A DNA stretch of 64,000 bases from Paraphysomonas bandaiensis (lineage: Eukaryota; Protista; Chrysophyceae). The translations under genes and the position numbers were made by a program. Location of the stretch: positions 1-64,000 of the forward strand of contig CBFFRP010000281.1 of assembly GCA_965644295.1 (NCBI GenBank), written 5' to 3'. This document shows, piece by piece, positions 1 to 11,172 of the stretch. Positions within the stretch are counted from its first letter, which is position 1. Each line of letters starts with the position of its first letter. The notes below the pieces were generated by a model. The model made no database searches. It was not told where the DNA came from and saw only the letters and a program-made list of their open reading frames with translations.

Positions 1-1633
1 CTGATGCCATTCTCCATCTCACCTCTTCAGCTAACTCCCCTTTGAATACTGTTCCTCCTCTTATCTCCGCTAATATTCTCATGGGTGACATATTCGCAGT
101 ATGCGCTGCTGCATAAAGACTATCAAAGAACTGGACACAATCCACTCTCTTCACCATTCCTGCAGAGCGTCCTAAAGCATCAAAGTCTATAGGTTGGAAT
201 CTCAGCTTTCCTGCAGTCTCCATCCTCATCCATCGAGGTATGGGTATCTTCCCCAATAAGTCAAACACATGCTGCGCAACATTCCGAGTCCTTAGAAAAC
301 TCTGACACTTTTCCTCTAATTGCCTATCCAAACTACTCTTGTACTCTTTTCCCACCATATTACACCAGCGGCAGAATGTTTTATATCCACATGTCTCTGC
401 TTCTTCCCGTGTCATAGTCTGTATTTCTGATAAAGGTCCTCTCATCACTCCCTTCCTATATACTCCTGCGTCGTTCTCCCATTCATCAACTTCCTCCACT
501 ACACGCATCCTGTCTGAGGTCCTTCCATTGCTATCACACATGCTCTCTTCTTTCTGTATCCACAACATCCTTGCCTTCTCTGATAACTCCTTCCTAGCAG
601 CTAACAGCGCCTCTTGCTGAGCCTCCACATACTGTATCCTCTCCCCTATTCGGTTTAGTCCAGTCAGCTGGCTAAGCATCTTTATACCCGTCTCCATACT
701 ACCACTCAATAGTCTACTTCGATTCCGGAGCCAATATTCACACGCCTGACGGTGCGCTGCAGTCAACCCTTCATTCCCTACTCCTATCTCTAATTCTCTC
801 ATCAACAGTCGGTGCAACTCTCTTTCACTCTGTACACTTCTACTTAATCTCCCAATCTGTCCTTTTACACTCCGTTCTCTACTAGGCTCCACCAGCCATT
901 CAGGTACTCTCATGTGTTTTTCTATCTCTTCACCAAGACCTCTGGATAGGTCCCTAAAATTCACTTCTCTCACATAATCCTCTCTTTTACTATATCCAGG
1001 ACCTCCTGATGGGCCCCTCAAATCTTCATCTTTCATATAATCATCTCTTCTGTCATATCCAGGACCTCCTAATGGGCCCCTTAAATCTTCATCTTTCATA
1101 TAATCATCTCCAGGACCTCCTGATGGGCCCCTCACATCATCTGCTCTTGCGTAATCATCTCTCCTTTTAATCTTCTCTTCTCTTCCTGTGCTCCTCCACG
1201 AGCTCTTCATATCATTTCTACTACTCCTATCCCCCATCTCCAGGTCTCTGCCTCCAAGAATAGGATCACGCATCCATTCTATCTGCTCTGTAGACCTTCC
1301 AGACCAATTGGGTTGGGTTCCACCTTTCCTGTCATCCATACTCTGCATCCTCAGTCCGTGCTCCAATAGGTCCTTCTGTGCATGGGACCGCAGTTCCTCC
1401 TTAGTCTCCTGTCTCTCCTCTCCCTCATGGTCTAGGCTGATACTCTCAATGTCTCCCTCTTCTGGCAAAGGCTCTCTCGGAAATCGTGCCGATAGTGCGC
1501 TGGGTGACGCATGGCTGAGTTGATCACTCCCAACCACCGTACCCAGCCCACGTTGTCCACCAAGTGTAACGACTACGGGTGATTGAGCCTCGCTATCATG
1601 ACTAACATTGCTGGTCTTATCATCCCTGTCCAT
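1..1633 (-). CDS. Gag-like ORF of the LTR element, at least 544 codons, open to the window edge (absent from the ORF track)
   Basis: Manual translation from ATG 1633 (MDRDDKTSNVSHDSEAQSPVVVTLGGQRGLG...) finds no stop down to base 2. Purine-rich and R/E/G-rich, with internal repeats DDYMKDEDLRGP(S/L)GGPG at ~985-1160. No pol motifs lie inside the window. Confidence 0.7.
   Translation of the reverse strand, partial: MDRDDKTSNVSHDSEAQSPVVVTLGGQRGLGTVVGSDQLSHASPSALSARFPREPLPEEGDIESISLDHEGEERQETKEELRSHAQKDLLEHGLRMQSMDDRKGGTQPNWSGRSTEQIEWMRDPILGGRDLEMGDRSSRNDMKSSWRSTGREEKIKRRDDYARADDVRGPSGGPGDDYMKDEDLRGPLGGPGYDRRDDYMKDEDLRGPSGGPGYSKREDYVREVNFRDLSRGLGEEIEKHMRVPEWLVEPSRERSVKGQIGRLSRSVQSERELHRLLMRELEIGVGNEGLTAAHRQACEYWLRNRSRLLSGSMETGIKMLSQLTGLNRIGERIQYVEAQQEALLAARKELSEKARMLWIQKEESMCDSNGRTSDRMRVVEEVDEWENDAGVYRKGVMRGPLSEIQTMTREEAETCGYKTFCRWCNMVGKEYKSSLDRQLEEKCQSFLRTRNVAQHVFDLLGKIPIPRWMRMETAGKLRFQPIDFDALGRSAGMVKRVDCVQFFDSLYAAAHTANMSPMRILAEIRGGTVFKGELAEEVRWRMAS
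1547..1562 (-). promoter_or_regulatory. Primer-binding site complementary to a tRNA-Ala-type 3' end
   Basis: TGGTGGACAACGTGGG is complementary to ...CCCACGUUGUCCACCA, which has U70/C71/C72/A73, fitting the G3:U70 alanine identity element. Confidence 0.65.
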
Positions 1634-2230
1634 GTGCACAGGTGATGTGGGGTAGGATAGTCTTCTCACAACACTCTTCACTTAACTTCCTCTTCTTACT
1701 CTTTACTTCGCTACTTCTTAACTTTCAACTCAACTACGATATCAACTTTCACTATTATATCTAAAACTCCATATCCTTCTACCTATATCCCCATAGTTAA
1801 TTCTAGAAGTGGTTTCCCAGCCATAAATAGCTAGTTTTCTACTTCCAGAAATAATCATATAGAAATCCCTTAACATCCTGCTATCTACTCCTATATCGTC
1901 CTACAGAATACCTACGTATACCATCATAATACTGTACGGGTTACCATGAACGTCCGTTACATCCGTATATGTACGGGTAGTTCCGGTACACTCCAACCCT
2001 ATATCTGGCCTTAATACTCGTATCTTCTGATCTAATCATAACTACCATCTACATCTCATCTCATACTACAACCTACATCACTTCATCTTATTCTTCAGCC
2101 ATAACAACCTCCTAAATCACCCATACTTGTCATACCCAATTTTGCTACACCTGGAATGAACTACTGGCTACAATTCATATGAAATTACGAAGATTGCAGT
2201 TACGTGCAGTGCCGAAAAATATATATTATT

Positions 2231-2308
2231 TATTATTCAACCTAGCCAAATTAGTTGAATTTCCTAGTCATACTATTTTCGGTGTGACTAGAAAATTCAA
2301 AATTGGGA
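2231..2308. repeat. Minimal hairpin copy of the long-TIR MITE family
   Basis: TTGAATTTCCTAGTCATAC...GTGTGACTAGAAAATTCAA is self-complementary and matches the TIRs at 26521-26595, 27025-27099 and 17339-17415. Confidence 0.7.
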
Positions 2309-2510
2309 TGTCACTGGACTAATATATATTCGATGAATATAACATGTAGCCAAATGTGTAAAGCACTTATCGCGCCATGCCACACAATAAAACAGAAGTA
2401 CACTTGTTACACACAACCAGAGATAACTTGTTACTTTATAATTCTAGAAGACTTTATAATATTTCCGACCACACAAAATATCTGCAGACTATAAAAACGT
2501 GGTCATACAG

Positions 2511-3266
2511 TTATTTTACTCGCAATATATCAGGTACAGAACCGTCATACACTTCCCATTGAATGGACTGCATATATTTCTGCAGTATTGGATGTCTACA
2601 TTCAACGGGAATTATACTGTGCCCAACCATTTCAGGGTCAAGAGAATAAAGAACTTTCCAATTCGATGTGTTTCCAAGAACAGTAACGTAACTCTTTATA
2701 TGGCATACCAGTGATGAATCAAGAGGTAAGCTTTCCGAGAACATGAGTTTTAATGAGTTCAAAATATCTTCATTTTCTTTACTTTTAGCACGTGATAATG
2801 TGAACCCAAATATATCACCGACAACAATGAAGTAGCCTACTTGTCCGGCTTCATTATTCTCTGTTGAAGTAAAAACTTTCGCCGCAAAGTCACCCTCTTG
2901 CCGATGCACAACCCTATTCCAAATCTCTTTGTAATCATCGCCAGGAAGAACTCCATCTTCCTCGATTTCATCATCAGATAAAAAATTGATGAGTCCGACA
3001 TCTGGTGGACCCAGCGGTCGATAGTCGATGACGCGGTCCCATGTTAGATATGAGGTTGATTTATCAAAACGTATGCTGCCTGCAAATGATTTCAAAATCA
3101 GAGGATCGTAGGTTTCATTGCTAGGGTCAAATCTAATGTCGATAAACAAGCCCGTGTGAGACTGCAGCCAATAAACGGATTTAACCTGCTCATTCTCCGG
3201 GCCGAGTGCGTCTCGCGGCTCAAACAATTTTGTACGCTTCCACAAGCCTGTAAAGTCAGCACTCAT
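2511..3266 (-). CDS. HRI1-like conserved protein (251 aa, intronless)
   Basis: Motif order GLWKR...VYWLQ..GLFIDIR...FAG...W.R.IDYRP.GPPDVG...EEDG....Y.EIW.R resembles HRI1-related hypothetical proteins (recalled similarity, not searched). Confidence 0.6.
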   Translation of the reverse strand: MSADFTGLWKRTKLFEPRDALGPENEQVKSVYWLQSHTGLFIDIRFDPSNETYDPLILKSFAGSIRFDKSTSYLTWDRVIDYRPLGPPDVGLINFLSDDEIEEDGVLPGDDYKEIWNRVVHRQEGDFAAKVFTSTENNEAGQVGYFIVVGDIFGFTLSRAKSKENEDILNSLKLMFSESLPLDSSLVCHIKSYVTVLGNTSNWKVLYSLDPEMVGHSIIPVECRHPILQKYMQSIQWEVYDGSVPDILRVK

Positions 3267-4481
3267 TCTTGAAGGGATGAGCCAGGGAGTGTGTTGCGAT
3301 TTAGAGTAATGGACTCATCAAAGCAGTTGAAATGAATATCGTTGTCTCCTACAATACAGGAGTATTTGTCGTCTACTGGGGATTTTTAAGAACTAATTTT
3401 CCTTAAAAATGGAGATTTTATACTTCTTTGGCTTCATTTTTGTGCTCCTGTATGTGCAGCACAAGCAGCAGCTCACCATATAGTCGATGAAGCTGAACAT
3501 ACACCATCCAGATATGATATCTAGATATCTGCACATCTATATCCCGATGTACATGTAGATCCCACCGCACTCTGCATTGAACTCTCATCGCTTGAGGTAT
3601 TTTTTTTCGAAATTCCAAATACTGATTTATGACTATTCCATGGCCATGGATGGTACTGGCGTGGAGCTGATGCCTTGAGTGCTTACATCGACTTTACTCG
3701 TTGCTTGGGAGCATAACGTTAAAGAGTGAGACAGAATGCTTATACAGATTCTGAAGCGTCTGGAGCTAGTATTGTAATAACCAGCTATTCGGTTATTTAT
3801 ACTCTGGTCGTATCCCGGTATCACTGTATCACTCTGTTAACCAGGAAAAGTTCTCGTTGTGATAGCCATGCGTGTAGCATGGTGTCAGAAACATAGTACA
3901 AGGATTATTGTTTGTCATTTTTGAGCAGACTGTAACTTGGCTACGTCACAGAGGCAATATCAAAACGAAATATCAACAGGCAACCGTAAGTTCTGAGATG
4001 GGAGAAGATTTGCGCAGAGTACAACTTTGTCAACATTACTTCTACTACAACTCTAAAGTTATGTCATACAGGGTTACGTATTTGCTTTCTAAAGTATCTG
4101 TCCTTCGTATATTTCTATACGGTGTGATGATGGCAGCACTAATGACGAACCAAAGAAGTAATCGATTTAGACTGCTGCAGCCAGCTACGAGGATAGGTTA
4201 TTTGTGTTTTGTGAATAAATATATTTTTATATATTTATGTAGTCTTAAAACGTTGCGTTATGGACTTAGAAAACTCAGTTTTCGTGCGCAGTTTTCAGAA
4301 TATAATGATTGATATTTATTCCAACGAAACTGTTTTCAAGTGTTTATAAAGTGTAAAGCCTTATTATGTTGACAGTACTGTTCATACATGAGCATGATAT
4401 CATGTACATATACTCTATACATCTACAGCTAATCCTAACCACAAAACTCTCGGACTAGTGATATATGCATTCCGGAATTAG

Positions 4482-6276
4482 CTACGACAAAGCACTGTCG
4501 TCACCGGGATAAGCCCAGTAGTCTAATTCGTTGTTACAGTCGCCGTCCCAAAAGTCTGACATTGTTTCATCATGTAAATAGCATTCACCGTTAGAATATG
4601 TCATAGAATCGCAACTATATTGCGATAGTTTCAGTAGCTGAGTGCACATGTAATCCTTCATCAGCCCATAACCACGACATTTCTACAAAAATAATACTAA
4701 GAACTCGTATGCCATGAATGACTGTCCGCACCTCAGTGTGTCCGCCATGTCCGCACCGAGACATTGACTTTGTGACTTTCATCATGTACTTCTCTAGCAT
4801 GCCGTTATCCACTGATACTCGACACTTGGAAGGATTCATGATGTCATCGTTAGTGTTCTTGGCACCCTCGGCCCAAACCACAAATTCATCTCCTGTTGTC
4901 ATTACATCTTCAAATCCCGCGATCTTCTCTCGTTCATAAATTATCCACCTCAGAGGAGTCGATTTGAAGATGCATTCAAGTTCATTGTAGTTATACAACA
5001 CTACAGAGAGCTCACATTCACTATGAGGCATCTGCCTCACAGACCTCATGGAAGGGAGAGCAGCTGACCCCGTCGGCCACAGGAAATCCACCACCTCTTC
5101 AAGGGCAATCGCAATATCACGGCGCATATCCATCTCATAACTCAGCCCTGGCAACTCTTACACCTGCGAAAATATTGCCGAGAGGTAGTACCTACCTAGA
5201 AACTTCAGGCCGGTCACAGACATTGCCTCCTTGACACCACTGTGCTGCGCGACCACCATTTCAAGAGCCTCAGCGCGACCGATCTCAAACAAATATCGCT
5301 TATCCTCGCAGGATGTAGAATCCGACAGTACTGAATTAAATCGAGTGTCTGATACATCTGAAGTACAGTGTCAATTAGACACAGCACATGTGAGACACAA
5401 TACAGCGTATTACGCACCGTTTATCTTAGCGTGCAGAGGGTTGCGCACAATTATGATCATGTGGGTGACACCTCCGACCCGTTGTAGAACCTCCGCCATC
5501 CACGAAATATCTACTCCATTGGCCCAGGCATCCGTCATGTGCACAGAAAGTGACTTTCTGTGCTCAAACGGTGATGGTCCGTATTGGTCAAACACTGTGC
5601 TAATGTGCTTGATAATCGCCTTCTTGTTGACATCAGAATACTTTGAGGGATTATATTCCGCCCACTTATCGGCCAGTGAATTGTTCCTCAGCTTCTGCTG
5701 GAGTTGTAGTTCTCCCCCATTTATAATACCATACTGCTCCTCTAGAACTTGCATCATCGTTGCACAACCCACTTTACCATGAAAGCTAAAGAATACAATA
5801 TTACCATTGTCATGTGTCCTTGATTCAATGTCTGTATTTTCTTCAGAGTCACGCACACCCGAATCTGTACCATCCACATGCGGTTGCTTTGGTGGACCTT
5901 TCGACAACAATCTACTCCCCGCATACTCATTACGCTGAGTTGCTGCAGGATGCCTTTTCATAATCTCATCCATTGATTTCACATTTACCAGATCAGAACC
6001 AGAAATATCAGTAGTTGAGAACATACTAAGGTCAAAAAGAAAGTTTTCGTTCCCATCACTGTTCATCTGTTCCCACAGTGAGAGCGCTTGGACCCCATAT
6101 AACAATACAAAACACAATACACACGCACACAACACTACAGCGGTGTACAATCCCCACCCACGTCTCCGATTCCCATGAACCTTGTCATCTGATTGACCTG
6201 AGTCCGTATCAAGGAATAATGGCAGGGTGTGGGACTGTTTACGCCGAAAGAGTTTAGTGGGAGATGCTGAGTCCAT
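4482..6276 (-). CDS. Type II membrane sulfotransferase-like protein (Stf0-like) with a Cys-rich C-terminal extension; 4 exons
   Basis: ATG at 6276; TM segment LYTAVVLCACVLCFVLLYGV; P-loop-like GKVGCAT; IIIVRNPL (3'-PB-like); LSYEMD; LYNYNEL. Three short GT-AG introns join the ORF-track pieces 5410-6483 and 4615-5154 and a last exon ending at TAG 4482-4484. Confidence 0.65.
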
Positions 6277-7605
6277 TTCACCGAATATTATTACACTGCT
6301 ATAGGCGTAAGTATGAGACTTGGTAAAATACTGGTGAGTAGTAGGAGTAGATGGAGGAAATAGGAAGATATCAGGTTTGTTGAGGTCTGCAGTTCTAGAG
6401 TTTATATATGATGGACTGCAGTGCAGTATCCCATATCCATATGCTTTCCAATTGGAAAATAGCTTCAAAAACCCGCACAACACGAAAATATTGCCACTTT
6501 CTCAGCATTTTGGAATAGAATGTATACCAGTATACACAGTTAACGACCAATCAGCAAGCACATGTGTAGTCTCTGTATAATCGAAAGGTTGGCCTGACTG
6601 TTTATCAGCACGACTGCTTCGCTCACATTGCGATATGTCCCTTAAGACAACTTACGGTTGTAGCAATTTCCTGTCTGTGGTCCCGCCTATTCCACTACAG
6701 AACCCCCAATCACACTTTCAGGTGAAAGCAGCATATATTGAACTAACGTAAGACTGTCGCAGAGCATCGAGCAGCAAGACATCCCGGAATTTCATGAGTA
6801 TGTGCCATTGAGAGATAAGCATAACTATACGTATGTATATCGAGTAGTGCGTTTATGTATATACGTAGCCATCCACAAGTGGATTATTTAAATGTCACTG
6901 TAAGATAAATGCAAACACACTGCTTCTCAGTCATTCTCCACTGTAAAAGTAGCTGTTAGTCTCACTCTTCACACCTGCTTGAACAATCTTGTTTAATTAC
7001 GTGATAACGAAAACATAATAAACACTGTTTTGAGCCTGATACACATCCAATAAACTCCAAAAAATTATAGTGTAGTACAGATATCGTTTCATGCTGATAC
7101 TGATAACGTACAAAAAGCAACTCTAAACCTGGACAAGTTTTCGGGTGTATATATAGGGGCCAATTAAGTCAATAACTTCAATGACGAACGAAACCTAGAC
7201 GAAGAAGACTGTAGTTTATTGGATTAGAACTGAAGTTGTATCTTAATTGTAAGAGTTACATAAATCAATAATAAGTGTAAAGGCTGAACTTTAGTGGTAT
7301 CACATCCATATATTATATTCCCAGCAAAATGAATTCTCGATTCAATATCTTGAAATTATGTACTTGAAGCGTACAACTACACCGAGCCTTATTCATCAGC
7401 TAAATTACATATTCAATCTGAATAATACAATTTTTCTAATTGTAGCAAACAGTTTTCTCAATACTTTTACTAACTCATTTGAGTTTCATAAACCAATATC
7501 GACACATCAGTCCCACGATACACAAAAGTTGTACAAAACACGATACCAGGTCACTGCAATTCAGCTACAAACTAGTATCGTAACTAGCGTTTCGAGAAAA
7601 AGTCA

Positions 7606-10362
7606 TCACTTCCATACGCCCCGCTTTATATTAGATTTTCGCCGACTTCGGGCTACTTGTACAGGGTGCAGTGAATATGGAAGCCGAGCTGCGCCATTAT
7701 TCTCTGAATAAGCTGACTTCTTCATTTTTCGGTGTGATGACGACTGATTTTTCAAGGGTCTAAGTTTTCCATGCTTTGTCGACGGCGTTACATTGTACAT
7801 TGACATACAAAACGAACACGATGCGTACTTACAAGGTGTCTTTCCACTTCCGGAGCAAGTGGTTTTCAGGACGAATATGTCTTTGTGTTGAATAGAACCA
7901 CCTGCTTTCAGAGTTGATGGAGATCGTGCCAGGCCCACTCGGGACTGGGTAGGACATAGTGTATATATGTCGCTATGTTTATTACCACTGCCAACACGAA
8001 AGGGTGACGCTGATGAAGTATGACATGCTGGTTTCGGAGGTCGAATAGTAGGGTCCAACACAAACAAATCCTCATGTTGCATCAGTCCACCAACTCTCAT
8101 GGAGCAAGGCGGGCGCGTCATTTTCGATGGAACGACAGAAGGTGATAATAAATTGTTGCATGACTTTGTTCGACGAAAACAAACACCCCGAGGTTGGTTA
8201 TTTAATATATTTCTACCTGGGCTAGAAGAATTCAAAACAAAAATATCAGTGTGACGACACGATAATCCGGTTATAAACGCCGGTACTGTTGAACGTTTCC
8301 TATTGTGCCTAGGTATATCTGTACATCCTCCAAGTACAAATATATCATCATAATCTCGTTTGAGGCCCGTTTTGAAAGAAGGTGATGTAGGTCGAGCTCC
8401 TGCCGACTTCGGCCGCACGGGATCCGGTTTCAATACATATATATCCTTGTAATCAGGTTTCAACCCTGTTCTAAGAGACGATGGTGATCTCACAAACTGA
8501 GGTTTAGAATCTGACGGCTTCAACACAAATATATCATCATAATCTCGTTTGAGGCCCGTTTTGAAAGAAGGTGATGTAGGTCGAGCTCCTGCCGACTTCG
8601 GCCGCACGGGATCCGGTTTCAATACATATATATCCTTGTAATCAGGTTTCAACCCTGTTCTAAGAGACGATGGTGATCTCACAAACTGAGGTTTAGAATC
8701 TGACGGCTTCAACACAAATATATCATCATAATCTCGTTTGAGGCCCGTTTTGAAAGAAGGTGATGTAGGTCGAGCTCCTGCCGACTTCGGCCGCACGGGA
8801 TCCGGTTTCAATACATATATATCCTTGTAATCAGGTTTCAACCCTGTTCTAAGAGACGATGGTGATCTCACAAACTGAGGTTTAGAATCTGACGGCTTCA
8901 ACACAAATATATCATCATAATCTCGTTTGAGGCCCGTTTTGAAAGAAGGTGATGTAGGTCGAGCTCCTGCCGACTTCGGCCGCACGGGATCCGGTTTCAA
9001 TACATATATATCCTTGTAATCAGGTTTCAACCCTGTTCTAAGAGACGATGGTGATCTCACAAACTGAGGTTTAGAATCTGACGGCTTCAACACAAATATA
9101 TCATCATAATCTCGTTTGAGGCCCGTTTTGAAAGAAGGTGATGTAGGTCGAGCTCCTGCTGACTTCGGCCGCACGGGATCCGGTTTCAATACATATATAT
9201 CCTTGTAATCAGGTTTCAACCCTGTTCTAAGAGACGATGGTGATCTCACAAACTGAGGTTTAGAATCTGACGGCTTCAACACAAATATATCATCATAATC
9301 TCGTTTGAGGCCCGTTTTGAAAGAAGGTGATGTAGGTCGAGCTCCTGCTGACTTCGGCCGCACGGGATCCGGTTTCAATACATATATATCCTTGTAATCA
9401 GGTTTCAACCCTGTTCTAAGAGACGATGGTGATCTCACAAACTGAGGTTTAGAATCTGACGGCTTCAACACAAATATATCATCATAATCTCGTTTGAGGC
9501 CCGTTTTGAAAGAAGGTGATGTAGGTCGAGCTCCTGCTGACTTCGGCCGCACGGGATCCGGTTTCAATACATATATATCCTTGTAATCAGGTTTCAACCC
9601 TGTTCTAAGAGACGATGGTGATCTCACAAACTGAGGTTTAGAATCTGACGGCTTCAACACAAATATATCATCATAATCTCGTTTGAGGCCCGTTTTGAAA
9701 GAAGGTGATGTAGGTCGAGCTCCTGCTGACTTCGGCCGCACGGGATCCGGTTTCAATACATATATATCCTTGTAATCAGGTTTCAACCCTGTTCTAAGAG
9801 ACGATGGTGATCTCACAAACTGAGGTTTAGAATCTGACGGCTTCAACACAAATATATCATCATAATCTCGTTTGAGGCCCGTTTTGAAAGAAGGTGATGT
9901 AGGTCGAGCTCCTGCTGACTTCGGCCGCACGGGATCCGGTTTCAATACATATATATCCTTGTAATCAGGTTTCAACCCTGTTCTAAGAGACGATGGTGAT
10001 CTCACAAACTGAGGTTTAGAATCTGACGGCTTCAACACAAATATATCATCATAATCTCGTTTGAGGCCCGTTTTGAAAGAAGGTGATGTAGGTCGAGCTC
10101 CTGCTGACTTCGGCCGCACGGGATCCGGTTTCAATACATATATATCCTTGTAATCAGGTTTCAACCCTGTTCTAAGAGACGATGGTGATCTCACAAACTG
10201 AGGTTTAGAATCTGACGGCTTCAACACAAATATATCATCATAATCTCGTTTGAGGCCCGTTTTGAAAGAAGGTGATGTAGGTCGAGCTCCTGCTGACTTC
10301 GGCCGCACGGGATCCGGTTTCAATACATATATATCCTTGTAATCAGGTGATGGGATGGGCAT
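7606..10362 (-). CDS. Basic Pro/Ser-rich tandem-repeat protein (~918 aa), function unknown
   Basis: Single ORF with first ATG at 10362. About 10.6 copies of a 63-aa unit, then degenerate HxD(I/L)(F/Y)xL repeats in the non-homogenised C-terminus, which supports real coding. Confidence 0.75.
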   Translation of the reverse strand: MPIPSPDYKDIYVLKPDPVRPKSAGARPTSPSFKTGLKRDYDDIFVLKPSDSKPQFVRSPSSLRTGLKPDYKDIYVLKPDPVRPKSAGARPTSPSFKTGLKRDYDDIFVLKPSDSKPQFVRSPSSLRTGLKPDYKDIYVLKPDPVRPKSAGARPTSPSFKTGLKRDYDDIFVLKPSDSKPQFVRSPSSLRTGLKPDYKDIYVLKPDPVRPKSAGARPTSPSFKTGLKRDYDDIFVLKPSDSKPQFVRSPSSLRTGLKPDYKDIYVLKPDPVRPKSAGARPTSPSFKTGLKRDYDDIFVLKPSDSKPQFVRSPSSLRTGLKPDYKDIYVLKPDPVRPKSAGARPTSPSFKTGLKRDYDDIFVLKPSDSKPQFVRSPSSLRTGLKPDYKDIYVLKPDPVRPKSAGARPTSPSFKTGLKRDYDDIFVLKPSDSKPQFVRSPSSLRTGLKPDYKDIYVLKPDPVRPKSAGARPTSPSFKTGLKRDYDDIFVLKPSDSKPQFVRSPSSLRTGLKPDYKDIYVLKPDPVRPKSAGARPTSPSFKTGLKRDYDDIFVLKPSDSKPQFVRSPSSLRTGLKPDYKDIYVLKPDPVRPKSAGARPTSPSFKTGLKRDYDDIFVLKPSDSKPQFVRSPSSLRTGLKPDYKDIYVLKPDPVRPKSAGARPTSPSFKTGLKRDYDDIFVLGGCTDIPRHNRKRSTVPAFITGLSCRHTDIFVLNSSSPGRNILNNQPRGVCFRRTKSCNNLLSPSVVPSKMTRPPCSMRVGGLMQHEDLFVLDPTIRPPKPACHTSSASPFRVGSGNKHSDIYTLCPTQSRVGLARSPSTLKAGGSIQHKDIFVLKTTCSGSGKTPCKYASCSFCMSMYNVTPSTKHGKLRPLKNQSSSHRKMKKSAYSENNGAARLPYSLHPVQVARSRRKSNIKRGVWK
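8337..10348. repeat. 189-bp coding tandem repeat, ~10.6 near-identical units
   Basis: Period of 189 bp. The only difference I can see is a synonymous C/T (cctgcCgac in the 4 left units, cctgcTgac in the 7 right units). Confidence 0.97.
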
Positions 10363-10650
10363 TATGAGATGCACGCAGTGGTAGTCGTTATGTATTGCTG
10401 TGACTACGTTTTTAGTGTGAAGTCACTCTGTGTGTAGTTCATATGACGTCTTCGCTTTCGACTGTTGATGATCATCATGTCGACTAACCGTCCCAGGACC
10501 ACCTCGACCTGAGTCCACTAGGCGCCATACTCCTCTAAAGTATGTCAGTATGGATTTGTAGGAGCCTCTACTATGCTGTACGCTCAAAACAGAAAGGTAT
10601 TACAAAGCCAGTAGCTATCCTTAAGGATATCGTGGAGGACTGCAGTCTGT

Positions 10651-10758
10651 CAGTCAGTCAGTCAGTCAGTCAGTCAGTCAGTCAGTCAGTCAGTCAGTCA
10701 GTCAGTCAGTCAGTCAGTCAGTCAGTCAGTCAGTCAGTCAGTCAGTCAGTCAGTCAGT
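10651..10758. repeat. (CAGT)27 microsatellite
   Basis: Perfect tetranucleotide run, seen directly. Confidence 0.98.
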
Positions 10759-11172
10759 TTGTGTGTGTTGACTGACGAGGAGCAACGGTCCAACGAGTGA
10801 TAGTATACAGCAGTATACATTTCTGTATACAGAGGAACACTATCTGTATGTCGACAGAATATCGGAATATTCATGGATATTTATGTAAAATTGTGAATAT
10901 TCCGTAAAAAAACTTACTTATAAAGATACTCTAGATGTATTATGTACTGCTGTAGGGTGTGTAGACGTACTGCGGTATACTGTCGTAGAGTGCGATGTCA
11001 TCAATCTCGTTCCGTGTCGAGATGCACCTCATTGCAGTGCGGCACCACCTCCATCACGACCTGCATGATATAGTCCATGAATGCAGTCCGCTATGTAATC
11101 ACTTGTGATGATATGACTTCTCCTTTCAGTGTGCGGGGGACCTGTTAGTGACCGATCGATCGCTCTGCATTC

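Larger units (their letters stand above)
1..2149 (-). mobile_element. 5' part of an LTR retrotransposon (5' LTR ~1565-2149, tRNA-Ala PBS, gag-like ORF), truncated by the window edge
   Basis: The minus strand reads ...GTCGTTACA-CT-TGGTGGACAACGTGGG: an LTR ending in CA, a 2-nt spacer, then a PBS. The outer end is placed at 2149 (minus-strand start TGTAGC, imperfect inverted partner of TGTAAC at 1565). It cannot be confirmed without the second LTR. Confidence 0.75.

Noticed and set aside
339-1523. Plus-strand Ser/Leu-rich ORFs
   Set aside because: They are antisense shadows of the purine-rich minus-strand gag-like ORF.
8337-10348. Possible CRISPR-like array
   Set aside because: Units are contiguous with no unique spacers, the period is a multiple of 3 inside an ORF, the context is eukaryotic and there are no cas genes.
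7606-10362. DYKD repeats as a FLAG-tag or vector contamination
   Set aside because: The sequence is DYKDIYVL, not DYKDDDDK, and it grades into degenerate native repeats.
10542-10775. 77-aa ORF with SVSQ repeats
   Set aside because: It is a translation of the (CAGT)n microsatellite.
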